DNA of 62,808 nucleotides, the filler included, from Choristocarpus tenellus KU-1152 (lineage: Eukaryota; Protista; Phaeophyceae): assembly GCA_964200185.2 (NCBI GenBank). It is 8 parts of 8 records of this genome, joined end to end, with 100 filler letters (N's around TTAATTAATTAA, not from the genome) between each part and the next. Parts side by side here need not be neighbours in the genome. Positions count along the whole stretch, not along the records: positions 20,538 to 28,661 come from CAXNAD020005107.1; positions 28,762 to 31,813 come from CAXNAD020022665.1; positions 31,914 to 37,234 come from CAXNAD020011167.1; positions 37,335 to 51,748 come from CAXNAD020001197.1; 4 more parts are not named here. The stretch is one strand, 5' to 3'. The position numbers and the translations under genes were made by a program. This document shows, one piece after another, positions 26,150 to 39,387 of the stretch; position 1 is the first letter of the stretch, and the number at the start of each line of letters is the position of its first letter. Under the pieces are notes generated by a model, which did no database searches, was not told where the DNA came from, and was given only the letters and a program-made list of their open reading frames with translations.

Positions 26150-28040
26150 CCGAGGAGGGCGTAGAAAAGAGGAGAATATGAAGGTCGATGGTGGGGCTAG
26201 GACTGCAAGGTCTTAGACCGAGGAAGGCGGCAGAACACTTCAGTTCGTTAGTACCTACACCCACGCATCACTTCACATGCTACTTACATTAGCGGCGAAA
26301 AGAACAATGGCCCGATGCATATCTGTGGGAAGAAGGCTTTCACCCATGCTGACTCGGGAGAGACACTTTAGGTTGAGGTACCAGAGGGGGTGGTGAAGTT
26401 TAATGGGGCAGTGGGGTTGCTGGGTTACCGAAGAAGTCTCTGTATGGCATAGTCTAGACATCTTGGGGGGCTGGAATTTGTACTGGTGGATGCTTTGTTG
26501 GAGCTGGGATTAGAGCAGCCTGAGGCAGATCCATGTTTATCCGACTGATTATGGCAGGTGAGACTGTGATGATCATGTTTTTTAACGTGAAAAGACATGC
26601 TAACAACTGAGGAATCAGGGTCAGGGTATGCTATTGATATCATCGAGGGACTGAACAAGAAGTTCCTCCTGGTGGTGAATTTGGGGGAGGTGTCGACAAC
26701 AGGTGCTGGGACACACATGGACACCACTGGTGAAGCTGCAAATGCAGTTTGGAGTATCTAACCCAGACACGTAACAGAAATTCACTAGTGGTATTGAGTG
26801 ATACTGAAGTAATGAAGTATAAAAATAGATACTTATTATCCCATTAATGCTATTCTATGCTGTGTTATATCCAGCAGATATACAGGAGTAAGCCGATCAG
26901 TACGTACGTGTGCACTGGCTGGTCAGGCAATGCCCCTACCTTGTGTTTTTGTAGCTCAGCCTAGTGTAGAGACCAAACATCGATGCCGGTGTATACACTA
27001 CTAATCTAAGATTTCGTCAAAGGAAGCATGTTCATGTGACAAATCATCTCCACGCAGAGATTGTCGAACAGGAGGTGGCCAAGTTCGGTTGGAGGGTAAG
27101 GAGGAACCGAAAGGATGGAACATTTGTGGTGGGGTGGACCTTGTATATCGGGGACCTCGCAGAGAGACATGGGATCGACGTTAAGAGTGAACTACCAATA
27201 ATCGTCGAGAGGGTGGACCAGGAGGGGCTTATTCCTGAAGGTCACAGATATTGATCGTTGATGGAATACACTGGGCAGCAGGAACATGTTACCCTGATGT
27301 GTCATTTGCTGTCCTAGAGTTGGTATCACTTGTGGAGAAATTTGAGTTGGTCTGAGAGGCAAAATGTTGAGAGAGCGACAGGGTATTTGGTGGGCACTAT
27401 AGATAATGTCATTACCTTTGGGAACTTTTGGATTGTGCGGGAATTGACCGAGAGATCAGTAAATGGCTAAACATATGCTTATTATGCTACCTGCAGGAAG
27501 AGTAGGTTGTCCATATCTGGTGGTGTAGTGATGTTTTGGGGGGAGAATATGTTGACTGATAGTCTCTAGAAAAGCAGAAGACGGTTATACACAGTCTAAT
27601 GGTGAGGATGAGTGTGTTGAATCGTGTGAGTTGGGAAAGACTTCCTAACAAACACAATAGGCCAAAATTATATCAAAATCGCAACATTAAATTATGACCC
27701 CCAAACGGACGTGGCTCTACCCTACAAGATACTTTGACTCAGAGGTTATGTTCCATAAACAGGCGCACATGTTCATGCAACCACTTTAGAGAGATTGCTC
27801 TTCGTTGTTGATGTTTGAGGACAATGATGAGGCTGTCAAGATCGCTCAGAAGGCTGTGTCGGTGGGTAGGACTAAGGATAATGATCTCGGGTACCACTAT
27901 GTACGCAAATTGTAGAGGAAAAGGGAAGACTACAATTGGATATTGCCTACTGAGTTCCAACATGCGTTTTTTTTTAGAGGGTCTGTCAACAGAATCCTAT
28001 AGTAGCCAAGTCAAAGAGCTAATGTTCCTAAGACCTGTTT
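26150..28040 (+). mobile_element. Degenerate Ty1/Copia RT-RNase H remnant
   Basis: Frameshifted motifs KKSLYG, GLEQPEADPCL, YIGDLAERHG, PDVSFAV, SRLSISGGVV and FEDNDEAVKIA..GRTKDNDLGYHYVR..TEFQHA. Confidence 0.8.
27640..27740 (+). mobile_element. MITE family A, 3' fragment within the Copia remnant
   Basis: CTTCCTAACAAACAC...GATACTTTGACTC. Confidence 0.8.
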
Positions 28041-28429
28041 ATGTAAATTACTTAATTAATTCCTTAATGGCTTGAACAGGTTGTAGATGAATTAAGGAAG
28101 GAGAAAGGAGGAGTGAGCTTTCAACCCCAAGGGGGGGGTCCTTGCCACCAACTCAACCCTTTTCTCTATGGATCACTAATCAGCAATCACAGATTACTTG
28201 CTACAATGTTTTCTATTCCTGAACTCTTCCGTGTTCTAGTTCTTCAACCCAAACCTATCTTCTGTTCTTCAGAACACAAACATGGTCTCTTCCATCCTTA
28301 GATTGTTTCTTGTAGAAAATTCTTTTGCACATGAACTAAAAGTAATATTATTGACACACTCCCTTACTTTGATCTTCTAGTGAAAAGTAACTCTTCAATT
28401 ACTCTTTAGCATATCTTCACCACAAAAAC

Positions 28430-28627
28430 CAGTCCCACTTCATTCTACCCATGACAACACTGGAATGCCTATTGAATGATTCCTTGGACACACCTTTGTA
28501 AAAAGATCCGCATGTTGGAACTCCGTAGACAAAATCCAATTGCTACCTTTTCCTTCTCTCTCCAGGTGGCGTAAATAGGTTTACCGTATATCTATGTCTT
28601 TTGTTCTACCTCTAGATACTGCCTTCT
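28430..28627 (-). mobile_element. Copia RNase H 3' fragment, opposite strand
   Basis: AVSRGRTKDIDIR*TYLR..STEFQHADLFTK, corresponding to the RTKHIDxRY...QxADxFTK motif. Confidence 0.75.
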
Positions 28628-29542
28628 GACTCAAAGTATCTGGGGGGGGGGGGGTGTTGGCNNNNNNNNNNNNNNNNNNNNNNNNNNNNNNNNNNNNNNN
28701 NNNNNTTAATTAATTAANNNNNNNNNNNNNNNNNNNNNNNNNNNNNNNNNNNNNNNNNNNNCACATCAATTCTGTGCCGCTTTTTTCGGGCATGCCCATG
28801 GGTGAACAAAATCGGGGTAGGTACTATAGTATATATTTTGCTGTTACAAACAGGCCACTTCGGGTGTTCCTTGTTCTAGGATGAAAAACGGATATTTAAT
28901 AAACGGGATTTTGCACTACTGACATAAGTCTCGAAACTTCTATGCATGACGATTATGTTGAATGGGACAAAAAAAGTTATATACATATATATATATATAT
29001 ATATGTAACTCTTTACACGCTAATTCTTCATTAGTGCGAAAGGGTGAAAACTTAGAGTTGGCATCTTCTCTTGCATAGATTCGCGGTTCTTTACTCTTAC
29101 ATTGGAACAAAAACGTATATTTACACTTCGCCTAGTGTTATATTATATTGCACAACAAAGAAAAATTTCGCCAAACTACATATGCGAGAGACCCCACACT
29201 CCCTCACTCTCTCGACAACAAAGCAACGGGTCTGGACAATATTGAGGAATTCGTCGTCGCGGTTGTTCAAGGTGACCACATCCGTCGCACCGCAGATGTA
29301 TGATGACGACCCGCCAGCCACTAGTGGATCTCTCTAACAACGGGACTAAATTCGTGGACTTCGGAGGGGCAGACACCAGGACATCCCAAAGGCAAGACCA
29401 CGTCTGGTCGCAGTGAGACACACTCAATTGTGGCCTGTGCGTTTTGTAATTGCCCCAATGGGGGATTAGCGCTTGAAGAATAGGCTTAGCGAAGCATATG
29501 GTCACCATACCCTTCCGAAATTACAGATTTGCATCGAAATCC

Positions 29543-29802
29543 GAGTGAAAGTATCTTAGAGGGTACGGGTTTTGCCCTGTTTGTCCATTTGGGGCTTGGC
29601 TTCCCATGGGATTTTTTAGTGACATTTTCCCACTCCAAAATATTTTGGAGTAGGTAAAATGTATACGTTATGAAAAGGTGTGTCTGGAACAAGGATATTG
29701 ACACTCCCTAACAAACACTATAGCCAAAATTACATCAAAATCGCAACATTGGATTTTGACCCTCAAATGGACGCGGCTCTACCCTCTAAGATACTTTGGC
29801 TC
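29543..29802 (+). mobile_element. MITE family A (near-consensus copy)
   Basis: Both TIRs and the full interior are present. Confidence 0.9.
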
Positions 29803-29989
29803 AAACGCGAAGAACTAATAAAAAACTAAAATTGTGGAACCCGATCCATTGACGCCTTGGAAGGAGGTGCAACTAGGACAGAAGGAATAAAGAATAAGGC
29901 TGAGGTAGCTGGTTAGTAGGAATATGATCTTGCAGTCAAACTGGCTAGAAGAGGAATCGTTGGTAGCACTCTGGCAGCATACGGAAGAA

Positions 29990-31110
29990 GCCTGAGAAAA
30001 TAAACAGTTTTTCACCGAAGGGATAATAACGGGACTCAGCTGAAAGAGGAGAGAAAGAGAGGACAAAGCAGTTGAGGGCATTTCAGAGTTCGTAGCATTT
30101 TGTCATGGGGAAGGGACAAACAGAGGCACAACAGTAAGGAGGAAGCTTCCGACTCTGCAGTACATGCATAAAATGGTAGGGGGATGGGAGCCACCAATGG
30201 GTTACTTTATGGTGCAAGAAATGCTGAAAGGTATAGCGAAGCAACATGGGTTATATGGTTTAGGACAGAAAAGGGTGAGGAGACCTTTGACATTGGGATT
30301 GTTGACAAGGAGTTTGTCATTTCTACGAATGTGTACACAAGGAGAAAAGAAAACGCGATACAGATAGGATCAATAGTATCCTAAAACGTTTTTTGTGGAG
30401 CATCAGTCAGAGTTGTTTGCAGACAAAGGCGGTACATCTAGGGATACTTGTCTTGTTAAAGAGAATATGACATTCTGGGGAGAAAATATATTGCTTATAT
30501 GGAGAAGGAGGTAGGTAGCCAATGGAGTGGGGGTGCTGTTCAAAGAGGGAAATACGGACCACCAAAGAATGTAAAAAATGGTAATAGGACGATCGAGATC
30601 TACGATAAAAGTAAGTTAGAGATCCTCGAAGAACTCTCAGAAGACCAGGATATTTTCCCTGATAAGACTCCATTTATTCTATGTAAGGGAGAGGATAGTG
30701 AATTGATAGTAGAAATAACCCAAATTATCTTACAGGGGGGGGGGGTCTACAGCATGGTGTCCATTTGGGTCAAAATCAGGAAAAGTGCACTTACATTATC
30801 CATCCAACACATGCAACCAAATCACACAAAAATCGCGACATGAAAAAAATGACCCCGAATGGACAGCCGCCACCCCCTCACAGATACTTTGAGCCAAATC
30901 GGAAAGATGTAGCGGAAGCGCTAAGGGAAATGTTAAGAAGTGTATTTCAAAGGTAGATCCTCAAAGTATTTGCAGTACATTATGGACGGATAGGGGTAGA
31001 CAAACGTAGCCAAGAAGGGATTAGGTCCCTCTGGAATTCAAAATGTGGGAAGGTGGAAGCCGGAGGTTGTGTGGAAGATGTGAAAGAAGCTGTAGGTGAC
31101 TTGAAAATAT
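29990..31110 (+). mobile_element. Tyrosine recombinase remnant (DIRS/Ngaro- or Crypton-type)
   Basis: EFVAFC...TVRRKL..LQYMHK..GWEPP..FMVQEMLKGI...RVRRPLTLGLL is typical of the YR N-terminal part, followed by a degenerate HxxRIG (VHYGRIG) near 30975. Contains stops and frameshifts. Confidence 0.7.
30717..30895. mobile_element. MITE family B inserted in the tyrosine recombinase remnant
   Basis: TIRs present; 4-bp TSD AAAT/AAAT. Confidence 0.85.
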
Positions 31111-31913
31111 CTTAAGATTAATTAGAAGGAGTTTGATTTGGGAGTAGATATGTTTGGGGAGAGAATTTTTGACGGGACTTTGGGCTATAAGTGAGCTCCA
31201 ACCCGATATCCTTGGAGAGAGACTTGGGTAAGCAACTGCTCCCCAAGAGAGGGAAGTAAACATATGGTGTTCTCCAAAGGTAGGAGATGCTTTGGAGAGC
31301 AAGTGGTCGAGCTTTTTTCAACAGTCTTGGTCTCTAACCCCTGAAATCGCCCAATGTGGTCTTTGATCATGGCACACTACTCCATACCCATAGGTCCTCT
31401 GTTTCTTGAGAAAGGCTTCCCTATAACATTAGCTTCCAGTTCCCACGATTGCCATCCTTTGTGGATTCATGTCTATATGATGAGTTAGACCAGGTATAGC
31501 TCCCCTATGCTTCCCCTCCAATCCTCATTCCTCCGCTCACTGCATTTTATGTTGTAGTATACCTTTATGTGCTGCCTTTTATGTTGTGCTCCTTTCTACC
31601 CTATCACAATATGTACAAAGTATCTGTGGGCATAAAATACTACGTCCAAACTTTTCACAATCAACTCAGAACGGTAGTAGTATCTGGTAACTTGTTGGCT
31701 CGTCCCACCTTTAAATAAATATATCATGCTCCATATCTATATATAACAAACAGGGGATTTTCAAAATTGGGGATGGAGCGGGACTACGAGGATGGTTGTT
31801 TTGCGAAAACGGTNNNNNNNNNNNNNNNNNNNNNNNNNNNNNNNNNNNNNNNNNNNNTTAATTAATTAANNNNNNNNNNNNNNNNNNNNNNNNNNNNNNN
31901 NNNNNNNNNNNNN

Positions 31914-34900
31914 GGGAGATGTGGGTGCTGGCCCCGTGTGGAAACAGATTCAAGAGAGGAACCGCTAAGGTCCAGGTTGGCGTCTGGTTCTTGAATGCTG
32001 CGTTGAGATTGAATTTGTTTGTATTGGGAGGTGACAGTCGTTTGGCAGCATTGTTCGAGCTCTAGGGGGGGGAGGGTTGGGCCTTTATGTCACCCTTCAC
32101 ACCGACGGAAGCTGCTCAATCAGGGTTGATTTTTTATGACACAGGGTCATTTGTTGATCCCCCCCCCCCCCCGTGTGAAAGTGGAAGGTGGGGTGGTTGT
32201 AGGTCAACTCGTTTATTTTCATGGTGCTGGTTTTGCCTGTGTTTTGTCTGCATCGTGTTTCACACTCTTTCCAAGTGTAATACTTACCGGGCAGTTGTTC
32301 TTGAGCATTGATTGGAGCAGAGTAGTAGGCATTACAACATGTTGCATGGGTAGCTTGTGTGTTGATCATGGCATGACATTATACAGCAGTACGTTGACAA
32401 GCAAGTGGAGTAGAAAATTTTCTGTGAGTGTTCGAGGCTTGTCTGGTTATGGATGAAGCATGTCGAGGGAAGCTCTCCCCTCCTTCCCTCTGCCAAAACA
32501 CTCTTTCGTGAAGATGGTTGTGGGCGTTTTTTTGCAGTCTCATCCGACTGCTTTGGGGGTGAGATTGGACACATCCCCAGCTTGCCGATGGTGCGTGTTA
32601 CTTGGCATTTTCAAACTCATTGTCTGCATTTCTTACTCTTTAGAGGCAGTAAGATGGGAATCCAGTGCCAATCCTTGCCAAGCCAAGCCTTGTACCTAAC
32701 GCATCCTGCAGTGCGCTGCCCTCCTCCTAGTGAAAACTCCATTCGACCACCACAGTCACGCGCAAGAAAACTCCTGCAGTGCCAGTTCTTACTTCCTACA
32801 AGAGCTTCAGGCGTTCTTCAGGCGTGATTGTTCGTTTGAATTGAACATGGTGTAAGACCCAGTAGTTGGACCTCACGCACCTTGTGAGTTTTTTTCTTTT
32901 TTAATTAAATAGTTTCATTGGATTAGCACAGCCTGCAATTTTTAGTTTCTCTTGGCTAGGTGAACCCCCCCCCCCCGAGGAGTACTTACGGTAGTATGGA
33001 GTCATGGCTTGAGGCTCGTGTTGGTTTGGAAAGGAGGGCAAGTGGTCACCTCCAAGGCACTTGACTCTTTGTGCTGCATTTCTCGCTACATGGTGATATG
33101 TAGGTAGACCGAGCACGACACCCCCTACCGTTTTTATAGTACCTAGGTATCACCACGGAGCAGACACCTGCATGTGTGATTTGGTCTACATTGCCAGGAG
33201 TAGGATTGATGGCAAAGTCCGTTTTTGTGCATTTTGGTGATGATGGGTCGTGTCTTTCTCGGGTTGTTCCTCTTGTCTTGTTCCGTGCATTGTACTGAAC
33301 GCCTCTGAAACTTCATTGGTCGTAATGAGTATATATTGTTTGTTTTTTTGAAGTGGTTCACCGAAGCATGCAAATGAGACAGAACATCGGATCAGAGTTT
33401 GCTTCCGGGGAACCCTTCTGGTGCAACGTTGATGCAGGCTGATGGGAGAGACGCAGAAAGGGCAAAAGGTCTTTATCTATCAAGCACAAGAAGAAAAATG
33501 GGTGTGAAGTGTGCAGAGTGAGTGGGAGCATTGTTTGCGTAGAGAGAGAGTGGCTTTGTTCGGGGTGAGAAACTAAAATTGATAGATTTGAGAGTGTTTT
33601 TTTTGCCACATAAGGAACGGGCCCTGGTGAGTCTCCAACTTTAGCTACCTACTCACGGGGGTACTGAAGAGTAGAAGCTCACCTCCCTGTACATGCTGCT
33701 CCCTTTCTGTGGATAGTTGAGTGGAATATATAGCAATTATGGACTTGCGTTGAGGCTACAATTGTGTAATACCTTGCTCTATTTGAATATTGTTAGCCAT
33801 CACATGTTCACAACCATCGCTAGGCAATCCCCCCCTTCCCTTCTACCCTTCTACCTGTGTGACCCAACCATTTTGCCAAGCATTGTTGAGAGGATGGTTG
33901 GTTCATTAGTTGATATGTTTGATTTTCTAGTACTGTCTACCATGGACCTGCTGGCCTGTGACACTTCATGTATGCATGTGGGCATGATGCGGCCGGTGGA
34001 GGTGGTGTTGACGTGTGCCTGAATAGATGTAGGTTCGTAGGTTTAACAAGTCTTGTTGCTGTGTGCTTTGATACTTTCAGTGTCTAGGTTATCAGCAACC
34101 CACACAACAACATCCATGTCGATGGCTTGTGCTGTCGCCCCCAACATCAAGGCACTGTGGTAGACGGTCCTTTGCAGTAGAGCATTGTGCACAACTCTAC
34201 GAAGGTGGAGAGACAGGTCTTAGCCCTGGCAATGCTGTTGTCCCTTGTGGTGCATTCAGAGAAATTTCGCAGATCCGCACCAAACAACATTTAGATTACT
34301 TTTTCACAGTGGTAAAGATGTAGTTCGACAGATACTGGCCCATGACAGGTTTGAGGGTGTGTGAGGAGATTGTTGTGTAAGTTATGGAAGTCTTTATGTC
34401 GGTCGACCATTGGATAGAGTGATGTCCACACGCAGTAGTTATGAACATCTTCCTCTGTGAGATTGAATTCTCGTACGGAAAGGTAAACAAAGTGTTAAGA
34501 AGCGGAAACACCAAAGCGCACGAGGGTGCAGATTTGGACGCTACAAGAAAACCGAAGTGGGGACCGTACTCCCACCTCTGTCCTTGTTGTTTTAATTAGC
34601 TTGTGGATCCTGCGGGAACCATCGCCAATGTCTCGAACCCATGGGGCCCACATAGATAAGACCTTGAATGACCATGTCTTCTTGGCCATTTCTTGTGGGA
34701 GAAATAAGGTGAAATGAGTTTGTTGCCAGGACGAATGCTTAGGTATTGGACTCCATTTTTCAGCACTAGTAGACACGATCAGACTTGGGAGGATATATGC
34801 AAACTTGGAGGCAATAGGTGCCAGACTGACAACCAAAATTGTTTGCAAGAGTTCTGAAGTGCAAACCAGGTCAAATATGTAGGAGGGCTAGTCGTCTGAC

Positions 34901-35518
34901 TAATGTGCAGCATTGGGTGGAAGGAAACCCTAATATGGAGTGAAAGCTAAAGAAGCAAAGAAATCGCTGAGGGTGTTGGGTGCAAACAACTCCCAAGTGT
35001 TCTGAGGGATACTTACTGGCCTTAATTTGTGTGTGACACTGAGTGCAAGGAAAGATAATTACTCCTGGATGATGCCTTTTTGGTACCAAAAATGGTAGAA
35101 ATGTTGGAGATTGCATAGCTTGCTGTCATGCAATTTAGGATGTGATATCGACCCCAGTCAGCCAGTCAATATGTACCTACCTAGAGCTCTGCGGAGCCGG
35201 CCAAATATATTTTTCTAGTGGCAATACGGATTTTGCACCTACCTATCCTATCCTATCCTATCATCTGTCTAAACCACAGAAATGCTGGACCAAGAATGAG
35301 GTGGAGAAGCGTCAATGCCAAGCGACAAAGATGGGTCCAGTACAAGATTTGAGATAGGAGGCAGAATAACAAGTGGTGGGATGTAAACCCTAATGGGCAA
35401 GGAGCAAGACATGAATCGAGGCATTGTAACTAGAGGTCTAGTCATAGTGTAGAGGTGTAGTACCTCTGTCTACAGGTGGGAATAGTTCCCAGACTAATTG
35501 AAGTTCTTAATTGTAACA
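31914..35518 (-). mobile_element. Degenerate retroelement-like region headed by an LTR-like repeat (35345-35518)
   Basis: An LTR-like TGTTACA start shared with 22062, followed by ~3.4 kb of broken coding-like sequence with no exon structure and no diagnostic domain recognised. Confidence 0.35.
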
Positions 35519-35899
35519 TTGGAACCTAGATCGATTTTTTTTCGAGGGGGAAAGCACTACAATTTCGCGTCAAAAAAGTGCATGCAAAACCTTCAAACTC
35601 TCTATCCCGATCTCAAAAGCGGCCACTGCTGCACGATTTTTAAAAGTTCAACTCCACATTGCAACAGTATATATGCAGTTTTAAGCCCTATAGTTGTTGA
35701 GTTGTACTATGCTTGTTGAGATGTCTTAGTAGTAACTTTTGACTGACCCATGCACTTACTACTATATACTGAGCTTTACTTCTCACGTGTTGGGTTCACT
35801 CATCCCATCCCTTTTTGCCCCCCCTCCTCCCTCAAATCTTACGCTGCACCTCATTCCTGATTCTTTCAAAGTGTTTGTTGTAAGCGATGAACAGGATAT

Positions 35900-36750
35900 A
35901 ATGCAGGTGTATAATCAGTAGTGCCTGCAACATAGACTTCGAATAGTTGAAATATCCATGAAGAAAGGTTTGGCGTCGATGGGGTACGAACCCGCAAGAT
36001 TTATCCAAGAAACATACCCCTCATCCATAGAGATTTGAGGATAGCCTGTTGGTCTTGTAGTTAATGAGTTGTACCTGGGAAATCCTTAGTGGCTATTCCA
36101 GAGTTTGGCATGTTTCGAGCCTTGTCGAACAGCACTGAACCATACTATACGATGAGTGAACGGTACGAGCCTTACTTCTATGACACTGAAGAATAGAATG
36201 CTTGATTCAATCTATACTATGTGTAAAGGTAGGATACTGCTGGAACTCTCAAATCTTTTTCCAAAATAATTCCTTTGCGTAAATCGATAGCCTAGATCCA
36301 GAGTTATAATTTGATTTGCTGATGTCGATTAACTCGTTGGGCAACCTTTTCAAAAAAATCAAGATTGGTCACCACTAAAACAGTATGCGGGCTAACCTCG
36401 GCTTAATACTGTTTAAGCCACTCACAGGACACGGTTCTGGTTGAGCGTCGTCGAGGACACTGCTTGATGCTTCCAAAGTACTACTATGAATTGAACCCGA
36501 TAGAGATGATCTGGGGGCGGGCGAAGCACTATGTACGAGGCCATTGTGACTATACGTTGCCTGGAATGAGAGCCAACATCCCTGTCAGTCTTAGAGAGGA
36601 AGGGGGGCTGTCCAGAGGTTCTTCAGGTTGAGTATGGCTTACCGTCTGATACATTCCAATGAGAAAGGCATGGCGTACACCAAATTGGACAGGGTGTACA
36701 AGAATTTAAAGTCTCACAGGAGGCCTGCACCTTCAGAACAACTCATTTAA
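35900..36750 (+). mobile_element. IS630/Tc1-like (DDE_3) transposase remnant
   Basis: RGHCLMLPKYYYELNPIEMIWGRAKHYVRGHCDYTLPGMRANIP, matching the LPKFHCELNPIExxW motif, and a terminal KSHRR. Disrupted. Confidence 0.75.
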
Positions 36751-37110
36751 CTTGGCATGGATTGTCTGGTTCAGAGGCCTGGGCCCCCATGAGTGGGCCT
36801 TAGCCAGCAGGTGAAAACATCGCATAAACGGGATATAATGTAAAGAGAATGGAGAGACAACAACGCCCATGCTCTCCAGGTGAAGATGACATCTTCAGAC
36901 GTCAACATCATCCTTAAATGCGTGGTACGAGCGCGACACATGGAACCTTCGCGCGAGCTGTGCGTGCGGACTACTTGATTTAAGTATGGTCCTGTATTTC
37001 TCACGATTACTACAAGTTGACCAACCAAGACCCATCAAATAAGGTTAAGAATACTGATGCAACTGCAACAAACGAATTTTCATGAAAAAATTGTTGTTGA
37101 TCAAAAGTTA

Positions 37111-37234
37111 GACCCAAAGTATCTGGGAGGGGGAGGGTGGTCTACACCAGGGTGTTCATTTGGGTCAAAATCAGGAAAAGTGCATTTACAATAACCATCC
37201 AATGTATGCAACCAAGTCACCCAAAAATCGCGAC
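37111..37234. mobile_element. MITE family B, partial (segment end)
   Basis: Left TIR GACCCAAAGTATCTGGG plus the B interior. A similar stub lies at 28628-28661. Confidence 0.8.
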
Positions 37235-37440
37235 NNNNNNNNNNNNNNNNNNNNNNNNNNNNNNNNNNNNNNNNNNNNTTAATTAATTAANNNNNNNNNN
37301 NNNNNNNNNNNNNNNNNNNNNNNNNNNNNNNNNNGTGAAAAGTCCACGAAAGAAGACAGCAATTGCTATGATTTTTGAGCACTTCGTCCGGACCAAAACG
37401 GCCGCCCCCTCACAAACCCCCCCCCCCCCCCCCCAGATAC

Positions 37441-37535
37441 TTGGTATTGTGCTGCTGCTTGTGGTATGTCCACCATTTTTTGTGCCACCAGTGGTGGAAA
37501 TTCTTCATCTGCTTCTACAAAAACTACATGTCCCT
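37441..37535 (-). CDS. Possible exon of an unknown gene divergent from the MORN gene
   Basis: A pyrimidine-rich tract and CAG are followed by the open frame GHVVFVEADEEFPPLVAQKMVDIPQAAAQYQ and a CAA|GTATCT donor. Further candidate exons near 38.55, 38.8 and 38.95 kb could not be joined unambiguously. Confidence 0.35.
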
Positions 37536-39387
37536 CTGCATGGTGTGTGTGTACACAGAGAAGTAGAGGATAAGGGGCAGTGTTTCACATTTCTTAGACT
37601 CATTAACACATTTTGCTACAATCAAGTACAGGCTCTCTGCCCCAACAGTGGTCCGATGTTTCCCTTCAAACTTCATTATATGAAAGGTGTGCATCATATA
37701 TGCCCATGCCATATGATATACTTTCAAACCATACTGCATTTCCCTTAGTATCCTGTTGATTGGTCCTCTTTCGTGTTGTTTTCTATGGCATTTCTATGTA
37801 CGACTTGTGAACTGTAAATATTACTAGTGCTGCTTAAATGATATCTGTAGAGCACAGCACACTTGCCTCTCAATGTAACCTATTTGCCTACGTACGGAAA
37901 AAATATTGACTCACAACAAGCCAGAAACCATGTGCATCATTATTTTGTGAACTATTGGGTAGTGATTTACCAGATGACATCTATCTTGAACCCGATCGAC
38001 TGATATAACCTGTATCTTTTTACTCGATTTTTTTAAATTGCAGTACTTATGCATGCATCTACTGCATCGATCGGTAACCTGTGTATACGTGTGGGGGGGA
38101 GGAGAGGGGGTGGCCTATGTGTCACGTGCTCTAGCCACATATGTTCTTTGTTCGTGTATTATGTATTTTCTCTTGAAGGAGGAAGGCATGAGGAACAGCA
38201 GGAGTGAAACACATGCGTGCGTGTTGTTAAGATTTTGGGTTAATGTCCTTAACGCCTCTACTAGTTGTAGTAGATGTTTTTATCACGAAACCTGTTGGGT
38301 TTTACTACTAGTCATTGTGCGGACAATCAAAATCTTTACGAAGACAACAGGTATCAGCAACTATTAATATTATAGTGCTCGAAGTAGCACCATATATGGT
38401 TTGGTCAGGATCACCACAAGTAATGTAAGTGTCCCAACTATGACAACTCGTGCCATTATTGAATTATTAACAGGAGTGTTCCTCAAGAGGAATACTAGTA
38501 CTAGCTTTATTTAATATACATGTACGACAAATGTTACTATTAGAGGGGTCCCTGCGATACTGGTTTGGCTTTTCCTCTGACTCATCATGAACAAGGTGTC
38601 AGAAGGCATAATAAGACATATTTATCATAATAGTGATCCTTTAACTAATATACAGTAGTAGTAGCAATTCTACTATAACGTAACAGTTACCACCTTCACA
38701 ATTATTGATAGGCACAGGAAGGCAGTGGTGCAGCATAGTAGGTGGTAGTAAAATAGTAAATAGTAAATAGTAAATAGTAAACAGATACTTTTTGGAGATT
38801 TCTCTGACATGTGAATAGTTTTCATCGGTTTTCCCCCTGACACATCCAGAAAATGTAGAAAGCATAATAATAAAATATAGGGTTTTTTCCAAGTTAACTA
38901 TGAACGATACTGGTTGTAGAAAGGTGCCGTCAATTCCCGCCTACGCCAGATAGTCTCAGTCACAATGCAAGTAGCCCTATCTAGACGGGTCATGCGTTTT
39001 AAGCTGGAGTCAACAGGGAGATGAGCAAGGACGGGTTTATTAGATTCGTGGGATGCTTCCGTAGTTCCTCACCCTGGGGTGCAGGAATAGGTTTGAGACA
39101 CATGAAGGCGGTAGTACAACATAGATAAGCAGTAGAAAGATAGGAAATAGGAACATCTTGGAAAATGTTAGAGGGCGTTATTTGTATATACAATACTATT
39201 GTGATGCTTCACCGATAACCGATATCGATAAATCTACCAGGAAACGGATGTGCCTTTCCCTGTGTTCTCAGACCTCCTCCATTTCCAGTCCTTCAACACT
39301 TCCCATACAATCCACAAAGTAGAGTGGTTGTGGTTGGAGCACAGAAGGGTGAGCGAAAGTAGGTGACTGACTGAGGCATATTGGGGG

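Noticed and set aside
29121-29508. GC-richer open frames that may be exons
   Set aside because: No recognisable domain, and no partner exons in this short segment.
7080-30956. Many similar short ORFs (for example ...GGGG...IHPTYATKS..., ...TLPNKH...GPQMDAALP) suggesting a peptide family
   Set aside because: All are chance translations of MITE A/B copies, and the frames are not conserved between copies.
37435-38915. Several A|GTATC donors suggesting U12-type introns
   Set aside because: None matches RTATCCTT, no TCCTTAAC branch site was seen, and the exons themselves are uncertain.
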